64,000 nt of DNA, from contig CM082580.2 of NCBI GenBank assembly GCA_040954595.2, forward strand, positions 6,827,519 through 6,891,518. The letters are read 5' to 3'. How positions within the stretch are numbered: position 1 is the stretch's first letter; each line of letters begins with the position of its first letter. The notes under the pieces are model-generated. The model had not been told where the DNA came from. It ran no database searches and worked only from the letters and a program-made list of their open reading frames with translations. The position numbers and the translations under genes were made by a program. This DNA comes from Balanoglossus misakiensis. Lineage: Eukaryota > Animalia > Hemichordata. This document shows positions 1 through 15,027 of the stretch, piece by piece.

Positions 1-2006
1 TTCAAATAGCAAGGAAGACACATAATTTGTAATTGTTGCAATAAATGTAAGTTTTTGGAATTCGGATATTTATTATATTAAAATGAAAATTAGTCAATAA
101 AAGGGGAAAATGACGGAAGTATAGTTTTAAAATGTATTTTCCTATCTATACATTTTAATATTCCGAGCGGAAAAAGTACAGAGTGGGGTATTGGTTTGAA
201 ATCACTGTGCACTAAAGCGTGCTATGGATGGAGATTAGCCTATATGCTGTAAATCTGTGTTGGGTGACAGTTATAGCGTGAAAAACAGAATACAGCACGT
301 GTGTGGGTGGATGGATAAAAACTTATATCTTTGGTTGTGCAGATTACTACTAAGCGAATTTCGCAAGACTAAAAGATAAAATGTGAATGATCATTTGGGG
401 GTATTTAAAAACAACGAATACATAGTCCACTTTAAGGAAGTAAAGCACCATTTGCGGTAATATTTTTAGAACTTGAAGACGCCGTGGCAGTATTTGATAC
501 CTTAGCAAAGCCATTAAGATCACATGGTGATTGAATGCGTGAGGGAATGACGACTCCTATAGAAAATATTTGCAATTCATCAAAAAAACGCTATTTATAT
601 AGATTCGGTAGATTGATCTATAAGCTACTTTGATACACTTATCTCCCTCCATCGCCTAATTACTAGTAAAAGATTTACGCTGAATAATATACGTAGTTTA
701 ACGCAATTTAAACCTACAATCAGTTGTCTGTTCTAGAAAAAATGACCACACCCCACTCTCGGAGTCAGTGTAAAGTGTGCCCTCTAGTGGCAGTACACGG
801 TTCACCAGAACCGGCCAATCGACAACGTCGTCACGCGCGCGGCAACCACACAGGAACTGGCAGACTACGAAGAAGCAAAGCGCAATCTAGATAACCATTA
901 CCATTTCCAGGTATCTGTAGAATAATTGCTTATACCGTCAACCAGTGAACTCTTTTCCTCGGTCGTCCCACAACGTGACAGCTGTCACTTGGAGACTAAA
1001 TTGCACAAAAAAATCAACTAACAACTTATAGATGTTACCTTCACCGGAATTTTACAGATTCGGTCTAAAAACTTGGTTTTTAAAACCTTAGACCCTCTAA
1101 AAGTGTTAACCATAGTAAGAGCACGTTCACTAAATACTGGTCTTAATTCTAAATAAAGCATATTTACAAAGAGTTTTTTATCTTTTCCTAAAAGGCGCAT
1201 TATATTATCTCGCTTTTCTAATATTAAACGCCACCAACGTTAACTTCTTTCACTATCACCTGGCGTAAAATTGGTTGCACACATTATAATAAACTTTCCG
1301 GGGGCAGAATATCCATTGACAAAATGAATGACGTCACAAAGTTCCCCAAAATCCGTGTCAGGAACAGCCGCCCCCTTCTGTGACACATTGACGACGTCTT
1401 TCCAAATAATGTTTTAAGTTCAAACCTATTAATAACTCAAATGGAAGCTTGATGGAAAGAACCTCGCAAAAGTTATATTCTTTTTTAAAAAAAATACCTT
1501 CTCACAGGCTTGGTGTTATTGGTAACGTATATAAAAATGTTTCTACATTCGCAGTGGCGATCGCCGTGTGGCAGAAATACAAGTAGTCCGTCCATTATCT
1601 GACATAGACACCGGCGTATAACTCTCCTATGCATACAACTCCCCAATGAAAAAAATACAGGTCCGCCATCTTGGTTATCGGTTACTCTTCTGTACTTGGT
1701 TTTGATCGCCTGTAAAACGCAAAAACATGTTTGTCTAAATGTAGAATGAATGAACTCACACCGAATTAGTTACATTGAATCTAACGTAGGAGCTTACCCC
1801 CACCCCTCTTGTGGTCAACAACCCTTCGCTCATCAGAATTACATGTAATTTTCCCTTAGTTTCTTATAGTCTCAATTGTTTTCAGAAATACCGTAGCTCA
1901 GGCAATTATTTGTGTTGTATGAGACGTACGACGTGTATGTATGTCCTCCAGCAGTGTTCGCCATATTGGATTGTATTGCAAAACAAATTCATGTAAGGCT
2001 ATAGTC

Positions 2007-5000
2007 TTACCGTCTGCTGCCTCCGGATCTTCTCTTGGAACCTGATGCAGGGGCAACTGATGCCGTTTCTGTCTTCGATCCTTTCCGTCGCCTACTTTTA
2101 TCTTTGCTTCCTTTTCTTCGTTTCGACGACGTCTTTTTCAGCTTCTTCTCCCATTTCTGATGACGTCAAACCAGATAACATTGAACATAGTGGCTTCATA
2201 ATTGATGATATGTAAGATTAAATATGAAGAAAGCACTCAGAGGGAGATAATGTAACATTAACTATCTGGGGTATTTTACCTTGATACTGTTGACAAATTT
2301 GTTCTTCCACGTCTCCACAAGACTGTTTGGCAGTAAAAGTAGTTTGCCGTTGTCTGGATCTTCGTGTCCAGCGATCATGTACTCCTTATTCTCTTCAACT
2401 TTGGGACAGACACAGGAATTATTTGTCCACAGACGAATCTAGAAAAAGAAAAATGCACGCGTTCAGTTTTTCCGAATTGAACAACTAGTCGATCGGTCGA
2501 TCAATCAATCAATCAACCAAACTAAATGGAAATGGAATATTTGCATGTTTGACGCCACATCCACTGAACGTCTTACAGAGCATGGTGGCGCATTGCACTC
2601 GTGCTTCTCACAGTCAGATGGAGTCGACTTCGAATCGTCTATTGGAATGCATCTCAGAGATACAATGTGAAACCGCAGATTGGACCGACAGCCCCTTGAC
2701 GGGAAATACCGTATTGAAATGCAGAACCCACACAGCGTTTGTATTAAAAAAACCTTCAACCGTGGTTCAGTCGTAAATCTTAATATCGTGCATGTCAGTT
2801 CCTATTGTCTGCTCGCAGTAATACACAATGCATCATCGTTTCAAATAACGTGTACAGCTCTGATGGAGAAAGACTTGCCAAGTTGGGTTTTGCATCCGGG
2901 GTCAGTATTCTCAATGACTCCTCGTATCTTTATGGCGCTGATTCAGTTTATTAAGTATCGCCAATTTTTTCGTATTGGGGATAAAAAAAATGAATTTGCA
3001 TGTAACCGGGATATTGTGTCATCTTACAAACATGACTCAGGCCATATTTGTAAAATGACAACTAAAATATACCGTAAAAAAACTTCCTCGATTTTTGGTC
3101 ACTGTCTCTCGTGCATATACGGCAATGACTCACCTCGCCCTCCGGGATATCGATAGTTGAATGTTTCAGTGTACTTTTAACGTTGACGGTAGTAGAAACC
3201 ATGTCTGTGTGTCGCTCTGAGTGGAACGATACAACTTCTGCCTGGATTGCTGTTCGATAAAGCAAAAAAAAAAAAAAAAAAAAACTACGTTCACGACACG
3301 TCATGACTGTTTGGGCTGGAGCTTATGTTGTATGCATCACTTGGCTTATTCATGGAAAAACGTGTGCCAAAATTGACTGGACACAATTTAACGGCGCAAA
3401 ATATAATTGGCTCGGTCCGGCTAACACCGAGTTGTCTCATGGTATTCAGCTAATATTTTCAGCTGAAGTAGACTGCTGAAGAGCGAAAGTAGAGCTAAAT
3501 CGTTTTTTTTTCTAGGCGTGGATGGTTTTTCTTGTCAATTCATCAACAGGGCAGACGCAGACGGCATGTTTAGTGAGATAGTTCGAAATCGGTCATGTTG
3601 ACACAGATATTCCAGCAGGCCCTAGCCGCCATTGCATAATATGACGTCAGCGGAGATGGAGTAACATGGCCTTTGATCGTGTACTCCGTCAGTTGGTGAC
3701 ATCCATGTTAGAACGATAACTTCACTCTCACCCATATTGAATGAAGTTGACACGAACAGAGCCTACAGTGAGATTCCATGGCAAATGTACAACTCGCGTA
3801 ATATGATCTAATTTTGTTATGATAAACTATCGCGTGATACAATCTACTAATCGAGACTCAAAAACTTCAACTTTTGGTAGAACGGTGGGATTATGAAAAA
3901 TGTTGCTTTTTCGAGAGAAGTGCCAAGTTGTATGCATATCACACCGGTTAATGAATAATTATGACACCATCGGTGAAATTGACATCGTTCATACGTCTAT
4001 TCAATACTGAAAGCTCGAAAAAGTTGTATTCTGTACCACTCTGAAAATAAATTGAACTGTAGCTTAGTTTTGATCCAACCGACAGATTGCGTTCGACAAT
4101 AGCACATTTAAAGTTGTTCCAGCAGAGATGAAAGAAAGAGTTGAACATTGATTTGGCACTCTGTTATATACTTTAGTGTAACAAAATCGGGGTGTTTATA
4201 AAGCAGTACATGCATCTTAGTGTCCGCTAACAAAAGATGGGTTGACTGATGATGCTGGGCTTGCGCTTGCTCGTATGCAACTTCTCAAATTACTCTGCTG
4301 AGGTTTCGAAGTCAGAGAAAGTTGGAATTATGTATCTGAGTGATTAGGCAGAGGAGAGAAAAAAAACCTCCGGGTAAAGGGTCCATATGATTGTGACAGT
4401 ATGTCCTCATTTGAACCAACAAATCCGTGAAACCGTAAACCCTACTTACCATATTCATATTTGTTCTTGACGTAAGTATTTTTCGACGCCTTGGTTTTCT
4501 TCTTGCAGTTGTTACACACGCCACCTGCGAGAGAGAGGAAAAAGAAGTGAATTATCGTCTATTTATTAACCCCATGCACATATAACTCTCCAAAACTCTC
4601 TAAGTAGCTGATGAGCTGCGTTGAAATCTATGCGACAGTCACACAGACCAGAGACTAGACAGACAGCCGTCCCGAACGGTTGAAACTACTCCAATGTGTT
4701 TAAACACACACATCCACGAATGCACACGGGTCACTGATGTTAATCCCTTGCAAATTTTACGAGAGTCGGAAACTATTCAATCGAAATGCCAAACCCACGG
4801 TTTGGTTTGGTCTGTGGTCTTGTTAACCGACCAGACCAAAATGCAATTTATAGCATGTGAGCGAAATGAGAAAACAGGATCGGCGTATTCATTGATGACC
4901 GGCGGGAACAGGTTGTTATTTTATTTGTTTGTGAACACAGAACTTCCAGTTTAAGATCACGAATCGATCTGTAGCTTGCATATATACACAAAGAATCGCG

Positions 5001-6446
5001 ACTGTATCATCACGTGATGATTACAACTTTCTTCAAAGCAAAAGGAACGGGTATGTTCATCATCAATGAATGCAGATGGTTGTCCGTCCGTCTGGCTATT
5101 GTCGTCCACTATTGTCGTAGCGTATATAACAGAAGACCGTCCTTTCAACGATACAGTCTGTGAGTGGGTTATCACTGAAATTGCGCCGGAGAATTTAATG
5201 TTATCTTTGTCCGCAGAAACGTTACAGACCGGGCATTCGTGGCTCAGGTATTAACTCCATAGGTTCGTCTGACAGTGAAATCATGAAAATACTGCAAAAG
5301 TGGCAACTACTGGGGCTTTAATATTCACCGCCGCCATCGAGACGTACCGGAGCCTGAGCCAGCTGCACGTTTAATATATCCATCATGGAAATGTCAAATG
5401 TTGAAAAAACGAATCACGTCTGATTTGTGCCGTCTGATTTATTGAATAATCGCCAAACTCATTGGCCCAACATACGTCTGTACATGCTCGATCATAAAAA
5501 TCACATCAACCCTTAATTGAAAAATAAATCGGAAATCTAAAAATATTGAAGACTCCGTTTTCAAATAATGTCAAATGGTGACATGCAAAATGTCTAGGCA
5601 TTCGAGGTGGGAGATAAAAAAAACTGTGTTTGGTTGGATGGAAGAATGGGGAGGATTAATCCTTCATATTTGAAAAGAAAGTTTGAAGACCTTCGCCGAG
5701 GCGCTGCAAGGCAGAGCGATCCATCTTCCGCCTTATGAGGATGGATAGAGTACTTAATGTCGAACCACGGCATTAATTCTCGGATTTATGACGTTACGCG
5801 CACAACGCAAATTCAACCGTCAACTTTATTGAATAGAAATGAAATTCCAACACCTTAATTAATTACGGCCATGGCACGGGATCAAGGCGTCTCACCAATC
5901 GTTTGAAGGCAACCAGAGTGCGAAAGGTGGCTTTTTCTGCCCATCTGTCACTCTGGTGGCGCATGCGCTTCGGAGAGCACAAGTGGGCGGTGCCTTGCGG
6001 AGACGAGGATTGTTGTCTGCGACGTGATGTCCTCAAGTGTACAAAAACAAACCCATAGGGTGGCACGTATAGCATCGCCGCAAATTCAAACTTTCCGTAT
6101 ACAAAATAGCTTGTGGTACCGGATGCTGTAAATTTCACAGCTCTTTGATCAAAGTGGGCTCAGTTTTTGCGGTTTTCCCTCCCCCCACACTTGCTGGAGT
6201 AAGTTCAGTCACCTATTGCATGAGATTATTATGCTCTTTGCCGTCTTTTTATCAGAAAATGTTGAATCGGGCTCAAAATTAAATTCCAACAATCGCAGTG
6301 AACAGGACACGTTGCAGTCGAACAATTCTCCATCCATCAATCCATCCATCCATCCATCCATCCATCCATCCATCCATCCATCCATCCATCCATCTATCTA
6401 TCTATCCATCGATCGATCGATCTGTCTGTCTGTCTGTCTGTCTGCC

Positions 6447-6487
<41 letters not shown>

Positions 6488-9400
6488 GCCTGTCTGTCTG
6501 TCTGTCTATCTATCTATCGATCGATCTATTTATCCGTTCTACTGACTGAATATCTAACTTAGTGACCTCGTGCATTTTCAACTCCCACCCTTCCCGAGAT
6601 CTCGTCTAAATTACAACTTTCTCAGAGTGATATATTGCTAACAATATCTTATCGCCAGCTATGTGAAATAATTTGCGGGCCGAGTGAAACGCTGGGTTTG
6701 AAGGCCGAGCAGCAGTCTGCTAATTACGCGCAACGAGGCAATCGGCCTTCAGTGTCTCCGCAACGGTGAACACAACAGGTAATCTCGAAAATCCAACAGC
6801 GTGCTGTCGCCTTGAGGAAGCGCACACATCAGGCGAGTGTAGTCTCCGCCTTTTCTGTTGCAAATAATCAAGACTACTGTTGCTGCGGGTATGCTATGTG
6901 AATGTCCTTAAATATCCAGTGACACATGAATAAATTGTCTGGAGCTCGGCAATTGAAGCGGTCGCGACTGATTGAAAAAAATTCTGCTGGCTCTGCTACA
7001 GTCGTCGTGTTCGATCTGTTCCACAAATTTGACGAGGACATAAACCCGCATCTAACCTTGAACGACGAAAGTCGCGAGGCTTGTCAGTAAAACTTCGTTA
7101 GAACTGACTTTGTTCCTCCGAAGGGTTATGCGTATATTTCCTCGTTAAACCCTGGACCAGGCCTAATTGACGAGTTTATGGGATTACGGTTTAATAGCTC
7201 GCTCGCACACACACACACGCTGTACGCATACGGATAACATGCATGGTGAAATGTAGCCACTTCACGTATATACAGTCGGCAGGCTGTATTTAATATCGCA
7301 TGCCCCCCCCCCCGGGCTATACTAAAACATTGCGTTTACGAATCAGTTCATAACAACGGTTTCAAAATCAATTTCAAACGGTTGCCCAATTTCAAGACCC
7401 GTGGCTATCACGTGTGAGAGGCACACACACCTGTCGGCCACATTGGTGAACGGAGGGTGTTGACAGCACAAAGACACCATCTGTTGGCGATGAAGAGATG
7501 AGTTTTTGTTCTGAGAGACGCTGAATTGTCGGTGTTCATATCGCTGCTGTAACCGACATCGTACTCGTGCGGGAAGCGCCCTTATTCGCTTATAAATTAT
7601 TGACGTGACGCATCTACCTGGGCAACCGACAACCCGGAGTTTAATTGAACTTGCGCAATAACGTTTAGATAACTTCCCAAGATGAATCAAAAACTACCCA
7701 AAATAGTGCCAAAAGACGACATCCTGAAGGGGTTAATGATGTGGGGTGGCTGAAATCACGGATGTCGATCACGAATCCTTCGGTGACGTTCAGTGATCAT
7801 TCACGTATATATACTCTCCCATACTTCACACCTTTCTGAACCGATTCAGTCGTGACGGTAGACGCTCTGTTGGTCATCCGTGGCACTCGGCCCTCCGTGA
7901 CACGGCACTCCCACGCTGTCATACAAGCAGCTTTGATTTAAGGGGTGGCCGCATTATTTAACCCCTGTATTCAATCAGCGCAGAAGAGACACGCCGCGAT
8001 TCAAATTGAGCCGAACTATACTCTACCCGAGCTCCGGAGATACCTTGCGTCGGCGGATTAATCTTATCTTCAGGTATACGGTGTGCGAGTGAGTGTGGAA
8101 AGATCTGGCCGACGAATTGATTGCACACATGTCGTCTGCGCTGTCGGCTGTGAACCCTCCCCGGTCTAGTCTCGATAGTTAAATGTCTTGTACGGACCAC
8201 CCCATGTACAGACACACTCAGTTTCAAGATTTGTTTGGTTTATTTTTATTTGCATGGACACTTTTGACAATATTATTTTTCAGGTTTCTCGTTCTGTGTA
8301 TCATTGAACTACAGTATGTTGTTCTACTCCCTACAACATGCTAAAATGACAAGAATACTGCTTGTTAACAATGTACTGTTGTATGTCCAACGGCCATAAT
8401 GCCAAACACAGCTAGAAAGAAATCGGTGAGTGGGTGAGTGGTAATTCTTAATCATAACTTTCCCATAAATTTTTGATATGGTATTAACACAACTGAGTCT
8501 TTCTCTAAATCAACTGAACGGGCGGATGTGAGCAATTTACTCTGCTATTTACATCGTTCCTATTTCAGTTTCGAAATCTGACCACGAAGCGCTTAAAAAA
8601 TAGTTTCACATCCGATTTCTGTGATTTATAAAATGCTACCTGCGCTTGTCACGTCTTCAAGCCACGTGATCACATTATGCAAACTATTACTAGGGACATG
8701 CGCAACGGCGCTTGGATAACGACGGATCTTGCCAAGATACACAACCATTTTGCGGGCCTAGCAAATCTGAAAGGATAAATTTGTCTTGCTTTGAACAAGG
8801 CATACATTCTGAGTAGGTACCGATTCCTTTAATTGCCTAAGCACAGAATTCGCCCAGTCACTTGGCGCCAAAACACTGATAGTTCATTCAACTACTGCCG
8901 AAAAGATTAATTTCTTTCTCGTGTAATACAAGTGTTTTACAAGTGAACCGCTTTTAATTGAAACGAACGGAGTGAAAAAAACAAGCTTAACCTGGACCAG
9001 ACCCATCCGGAGAAATTCATACATGTATACGTTCATGTTGAATATGAGCCAACGCTGGTTCTCGTCCCCACAATGTTATTGTGTTACTGCTTTGTGGCGT
9101 GTCTAAAAGACAGAGCTACTTTTGAAGCAATTGACACCGAGCACAGCTGGCAGTCGGGGTTCAACGGTCAATGAAGTGCTCGCCCGACGTTTTCCGACAC
9201 GTGTCGTCCTTTGAACACATGCGGGTTTCCGTCGACCTAATATAACCCGACGGATGAAATTTTATCACAGTGTGACGTGCCAGGAATGGGCGAAATACTT
9301 AGAAACTGAGTCAGGGTTAGAAGTTGTGTTATTATGTAATATCAGCTTACTGCGGTGCGTTGGGGTGTCTGTCCAATACAACAACTTCAAACATACGGTT

Positions 9401-12400
9401 ACAACGTTATGTGTAAGTAGAAGACACTTTGTACTCACTGAAACTGGTTTATTCAGTAATTTTGAAGTTGGCGTGCGCGAGACGAACATTCCTGGCCTTT
9501 GAAAACTGCCAGGGGTGACCGCCATGACAGCAGATACTGGTAACAGACAAAATATCACCAGGGAAGAGAATCGCGCGCGAGTTCACGAGTTTCAACCTGT
9601 CGGCTCACCGGTCCATTCACAGGTGACGTCGAATTCTGCCATGGCGGCGTCAACAACCTCTTGACAAGCCGAGTTCGTCATTTATCCGACGGACTCGACT
9701 CGTCGACGCTGCCACACAAAGCAGCGATGTCAATGACACGAACACTTTCTCACGCCGGTGTCAGATAGCTGTAAAATGGCGCTGCCTTTCTTGGCGGAAT
9801 GTTTATACGCGGAGCCGGCCATTCAGAAGTCGGGTATATCGTCCTCCAAGCATAAGTTTTACGACTTTCTAAATAAGCAACCTCCGTCGAAAGCTATTGA
9901 AAGAAAAAAGGTTAAGTTATATTACACTGTCTACGTCTGCCAATAATCTTCTTTTTTTGTTTGGAGTCCGCAGGAAAACGGTGCCACATTTTGATCTAAA
10001 AACGCGCGAATTTATGAGACAGAACGTCTCAGCGCCTCCTGTATTCTGCGTTTTCTTGCAAATATTTTCATTTCTGTGAAACCTTTGCGGCTTTGGTGGT
10101 TTCGAGGAACTGTGATATGTCTGGCCACCTTTCTGTAATTGCGTTCTGTAATTGGTCTGTCGCGTATAACGAATTAATGGCGTGGTTAGTGCCAAAACCT
10201 GAAGTCACCTGGTCAGATTTTTCCAGTTAGAACAGACGACAGGTGGACCGTTCGCATGCTAATCGGTGCTGTTCCGGCGAAACGAAAAGATGGCCGCCTC
10301 ATTAACCGGGGTAGGCCGTTGTGGCTTCGCTGTCCTTAAGATGGGATCCCTGTCTTCGAGTTTGATTCACATCTCAGGCGTTTGGTCAATGATAGGCTCG
10401 TTTGGTGAATAGTCTTTTAGTGATAACGCGCCAGAACAAAAGGTCGAAAGTGTCCAGTACTGCAAACTGTGAGTGCGAGGGCAAACAGTGAAACATAACA
10501 TAACATAACACCATTCAGTTTACACTTCAGATGAAAATAAATACGGTGGATATGATACACGCTACAAGTGGAAGAAAAGTGTTTCCTGAAATACATTTTA
10601 CGAGCTAAGATTCACTACTTCTGCCCAGCCTTCAACATTCTGACTTGATCGGAGGTCGCCGATGGGCAGGGCCCGACCATTGTAGTGGAGCGTGTGGTGT
10701 CGTTACGCGCAATTGACTAAACGTATAAATATCTACAGCGACAGAGGCACTGTCCTGTCGAGTTTTCTTTAACAGACGTAAAGCCGAATTACTGCCGTCC
10801 TGGGCATACCACAAAGTTCCAGAACATCATACTAGAAATTTTACGACCGACTTTTAGCTGTCGTTGGAGGATACGGTGTGTTGGCCGATAGATACCAGGG
10901 AATACGCCCCGTGATTTCGACTCGAAAATCATCCACCCTCCCCAAAGCAAAAACAAAACTGACAAAATAAACTTTTGTTGTTATTTTGGGAATGTCCGAA
11001 ACCAGGCTTCGGCGGCCCGAGGATGCTCACAAAGACAGACAAGACACACTCGCGTGCCATCGCACACGGGGAGTCGCTTTTAAACAATTAGAATGATAAA
11101 CTAATAAGATTAGCCAAACAAACAAATCAATCAGTTAACATAATACATAAACACTTGGACAGGAGTGCACGGGGGTCATCCGGGGCACTGCACGGCGCGA
11201 GGAGCAAATATCCTGCAGACGTCGAAGTTGCGTTACGCTACTCGATAATAAATTTGAGTTGCTTTTTTTAGATGTCGACAGCTCAAGTTGTCGGGTCGAC
11301 TGCCCTTCCATCTGTGGCCCCTGTGGAATTATTTCCCCGTCGTGTAAGTTTGTTTTCTTTTCTTTCTTGTTTATCGGAGATTTCTATTAATCTTCGGAAT
11401 TTCTAGAGTTTTGGTCAGGTTGTTTGAACTCCATTAACGGAGTCAAAAGAGCATAGCACGCATTCTTTCCCCACTTTTACTGTGACCGGCGCCTGTCCTT
11501 AAAAACCTACAGGGCCAGTCGTTTAAGTACATATTGTGATGTTAACAACTGTCCAGTATGCCATCGTTCCCGACCGATATAAGGACTTGCCGCATTTCGC
11601 ATTATTTCGACATATAATACAGAAGGTATTTACAAATTACAGCAAAAAAATCAAAATGTCGAGGACGGGTCGTTCCGAGAAACCTTGAGGGAACCACGAT
11701 CGATGGTGATTTCGCTTCCTTGGCTAGCGTGGGAGAGCTAAGCGAAATGACAGATTGCCAAACAACTTGGGACGAGCGATGTCCTCTCGGAGCAATCAAC
11801 GCACCACTCGTCCCTGATTTATATGTCCCCTGACCTCACTCGCTGCTGTGTACAACCATTGCCGGTTTCCTTTTTTCTTTCTATCCATCGGGCACTTTAG
11901 TCCGAATTGACCAAATTCCTCTCATACAGTGCACATGACATGCGCGGCGAGTTCACCGACGTGGAGAGGGATTTTGTTTTTGTCGGTTAGTGAAAAACTT
12001 TTCTACGGCAACCCGCACACTCCGCTGGGAAATGTTGGCAGTCCTCCACGTATCGTTTGCACCCACACCCTCTTGCTTCCATTGAAGACCCGGGATCCGT
12101 AACTTTTCTGTGAGCAACGTTGGCGTGTATTTAGTCACAAAGTCCCGGCGCCCATAGCAACCATACTGCTCATCGCGATGGCAACTGTGTGGTGATGTGG
12201 TCACCGGGCGACTTACGTGCTTCGGAGTATAAAATTGTCGATATACATTGTATTTTCTTGGCAGTCCCAAAACACACGCTGAGCAAATTCATCTTGACCC
12301 ATGGCTTTACCAGTTAGGCCCACTACCATAATGTCATGCATGTACGCCGGTAATTTGTACAAAACTTATTTTAAGTAACATGCAGCATAGTCTGTCGTTT

Positions 12401-14847
12401 GACATTTATAGTGTTGACTTTTTCATTGGAAATTAAGTGGAAGATTGTCACGTGCACATCACAAACAATGATATCTTCCTCCCATCTTATAAGATAGGCT
12501 GTTTAAAGAGACCCATAATTCTATTTGTGGAGGAACGATGATAATGGATGATAGAACGGAAGATAATGAAAAAAAGTCCCAGTTACCTTTTCTTCCCCTG
12601 CCGGGCCTTGAACCATCCTCCCCGTCCGTCGGCGGTTTTTCGGTGACCGTTCCTGAAAATTAAATTTAACTAATATAAACAAGTAATTCCCCGTGACTAA
12701 CAAAGTAAGCGTGCACGTGACGGGTTTGATAGCGATTTGCTGACATCCAGCCGATGTTTAACTTTAACCTGTCGCGGAAAGTTATGAAATTCCACGGGAA
12801 ATGTTTGACCATAGCGGATTGATGTGGCACACTTTGCTTAGATTATATGTCAGGCGGGCACGGCGAAAGAGCAAAAGAACGGTCTAATTCGAGACTGTGC
12901 CTTGTTTATCGCAGTAAATCTCTTAATTGTTGATGAGCTGTCCTTTCCTCTTGGAAATTTATGTGGCCCGGTGCGTTTCGGGCAATATATGGGATTCGGG
13001 TGTCCCGGGGGTTGGCTGACAGCGTTGCCGGTTTGGAGAATTTCTGCCCAGCGAACAAAGGTATCAACACGTCTGTGGGCCATTAAGTGGCGGCTGACGA
13101 TTTAAGGTGTTTTTTTTTCTTTTGGTCTGTCTACACAGGACATCCGTTTTAAAAGGAGGCCGATAAAGCCGTCAGCGTCGCGTATTCATCACACGTACGG
13201 TGTTTTTTTTTTCACGGGGGCTTTGTTTCTGGTCGAAGAAAAGGGCGGAATGACTGGATGTGGACAAGGCGGCCCGCTATTGTCAGCCGACCATTGAAAT
13301 AGTCAGCTCATATTAATCAGCCAGATATGGAGAACGACTGTCAAGTCGGGGACGAGTCAGGAATTTTACCATAGCAAAGTGCCGAGCGGTGATGTTGAAT
13401 GCAGGAGTCAAACGGACAATGCGGATAGCCTGCAGAGGTGAGGGGGAGATGTCAGGGGACAAGGCTTGCGCGGCGCTGACGGATGGATGGATTCGGTGAC
13501 ACGGCAGAGCCTAAATTTACCGCGGTACCGGTGGTCTTCTCAAAGCTGCGTGGCTGGCTGGCAGACAGCGTGTTGTTCGAGAACATGCTGACACCACTAA
13601 TAGTACAAGTCGTCATATACGCGTTTTCTAAATATAAACCCCTCGATGAAACCGTATCCCTATACACGATACATGATATAAAATAAAACTAGACTTAAAC
13701 TACTTGGTAAGAGATCTTTAACTCTCGAAATAGCTAAACTGGCTGTATAACTTCTGGATGTATATCTTTTGTCTGGATAGGTGAACACGAAAATGGTTTC
13801 GAGTGTTTGTTTTGAAACTTAACTGTAAAAAAGAAGATTATCTTATTTGCGATACTTGAAGTGGTTGTTTGGCTCGTTGTACCTCCCTATACTTGAGTGG
13901 AAAGCCATCTATATCGAGTATTGTCTTTCATCTGCGGAACACCAGCCTTGGAACCCTGAAAGTACGACACGCGATCTGGGACCGTTGCTGTCGTACCGTA
14001 GGAGATAACGGGCTCCAGCGATATAGTGTTATCAAATCTACTGTCCATCTGCCTATCCCTAAAGTTAATATTCTCCGGCGTTTTGATGGATGGCTGGCTG
14101 TCAGCCCCGAATTCTTTCAGACATGGACGCTCTGATACATGTGCACGGGGGCTTCCTGTGTGTGTAAGACTTGATCCAACATCTCCCCCTTGTATTTATG
14201 CCCCTCGGAACAAATATGCCTTTCATGCGCCGATAAAATACCTTTCGGTCAATGGGTGACGTTTCCTTTCAACTGCGAAGCGGGGGACGTGAATGAAATT
14301 ATCAAAATGTTATCGTGGATGTGCGTGCGTGCGTGTCTTGTTAGGGGGGCACTGGGGGGTTGACAGACCGACTTACTTACTTACCTTCGGGGGAAGTGGT
14401 GACGATGGCTTCGGGAGAAATGCAAACGCCGCGGTCATAGACCGGCAGTTCGTCGCAGGCCAGGTAGTCGGGCCAGGGGATTTTGTGCCGCAGCATGATG
14501 GGTTCGCAGCCGTCCCTCGCGTGCTGACACACACTTTTACACGGCTGTATGGCGTCCGTCTGGAACTGGACGGTGCAGATCGGCGCGTACATGGAGCACA
14601 GAAAGAAGAGTAAATACTCGCTGCAGTTGGTGGCCAGCAGCTCCTCGAACTGCTCAATCGCCAGTTTGGCGTTTTCCTGAGTACTGTGGTGCAGCAGGTT
14701 CGGCATCCGTGTCTTGTTGTACGCCATGGTCTTGCACATCGGGATCTGTATGGGCTCGCATGCCGCCGTATAGGTGCGGGTGATCTGCTGTAGCACAAGT
14801 GTCAGGAAAACCAGCCAATATTTCAGCACCTTTCGTGTGTGTTTCAT
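2007..14847 (-). CDS. FRZB: Secreted frizzled-related protein 3/4 (FRZB-like): signal peptide, frizzled CRD, NTR domain, basic tail; 5 coding exons
   Basis: Exon 1 14847-14385 encodes [19 protein letters not shown]...[10 protein letters not shown]...[20 protein letters not shown]...[12 protein letters not shown]...[20 protein letters not shown], the sFRP3/4-type CRD. Phase-consistent GT-AG exons follow: 4524-4450 ([22 protein letters not shown]), 3249-3134 (AIQAEVVSF...IDIPEGE), 2438-2280 ([27 protein letters not shown]...[13 protein letters not shown]) and 2156-2007 (KWEKKLKK... K/R-rich tail, TAA). The symbol stands for the pre-duplication sFRP3/4 gene. Confidence 0.93.
6330..6535. repeat. 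Compound tetranucleotide microsatellite (CCAT)n-(CTAT)n-(CGAT)n-(CTGT)n
   Basis: Directly visible tandem units in the sFRP first intron. Confidence 0.95.
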
Positions 14848-15003
14848 TGTGGCCAGTTTTTTGTTTTCTTTTTCAGGTATCCAGCTCACGCCAGGCAGTC
14901 CTGTGGGTGGGGTGTTCGCTCTCAGGTAAAACTGCGCTCTACGGCGGTGTCGTACTTTTATGCCGTCGCTCGAACAGACGAGTCTTTAGAGGCGAGGACG
15001 AGG

Positions 15004-15027
15004 CGAGACGAGACGAGACGAGACGAC
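15004..15027. repeat. (CGAGA)n pentanucleotide repeat upstream of the sFRP start codon
   Basis: cgagacgagacgagacgagacgac. Confidence 0.8.

Noticed and set aside
1018-1260. AT-rich ORF vaguely resembling a LINE ORF2 C-terminal remnant (ICKIPVKVT)
   Set aside because: The similarity is too short and weak to support without a profile search.
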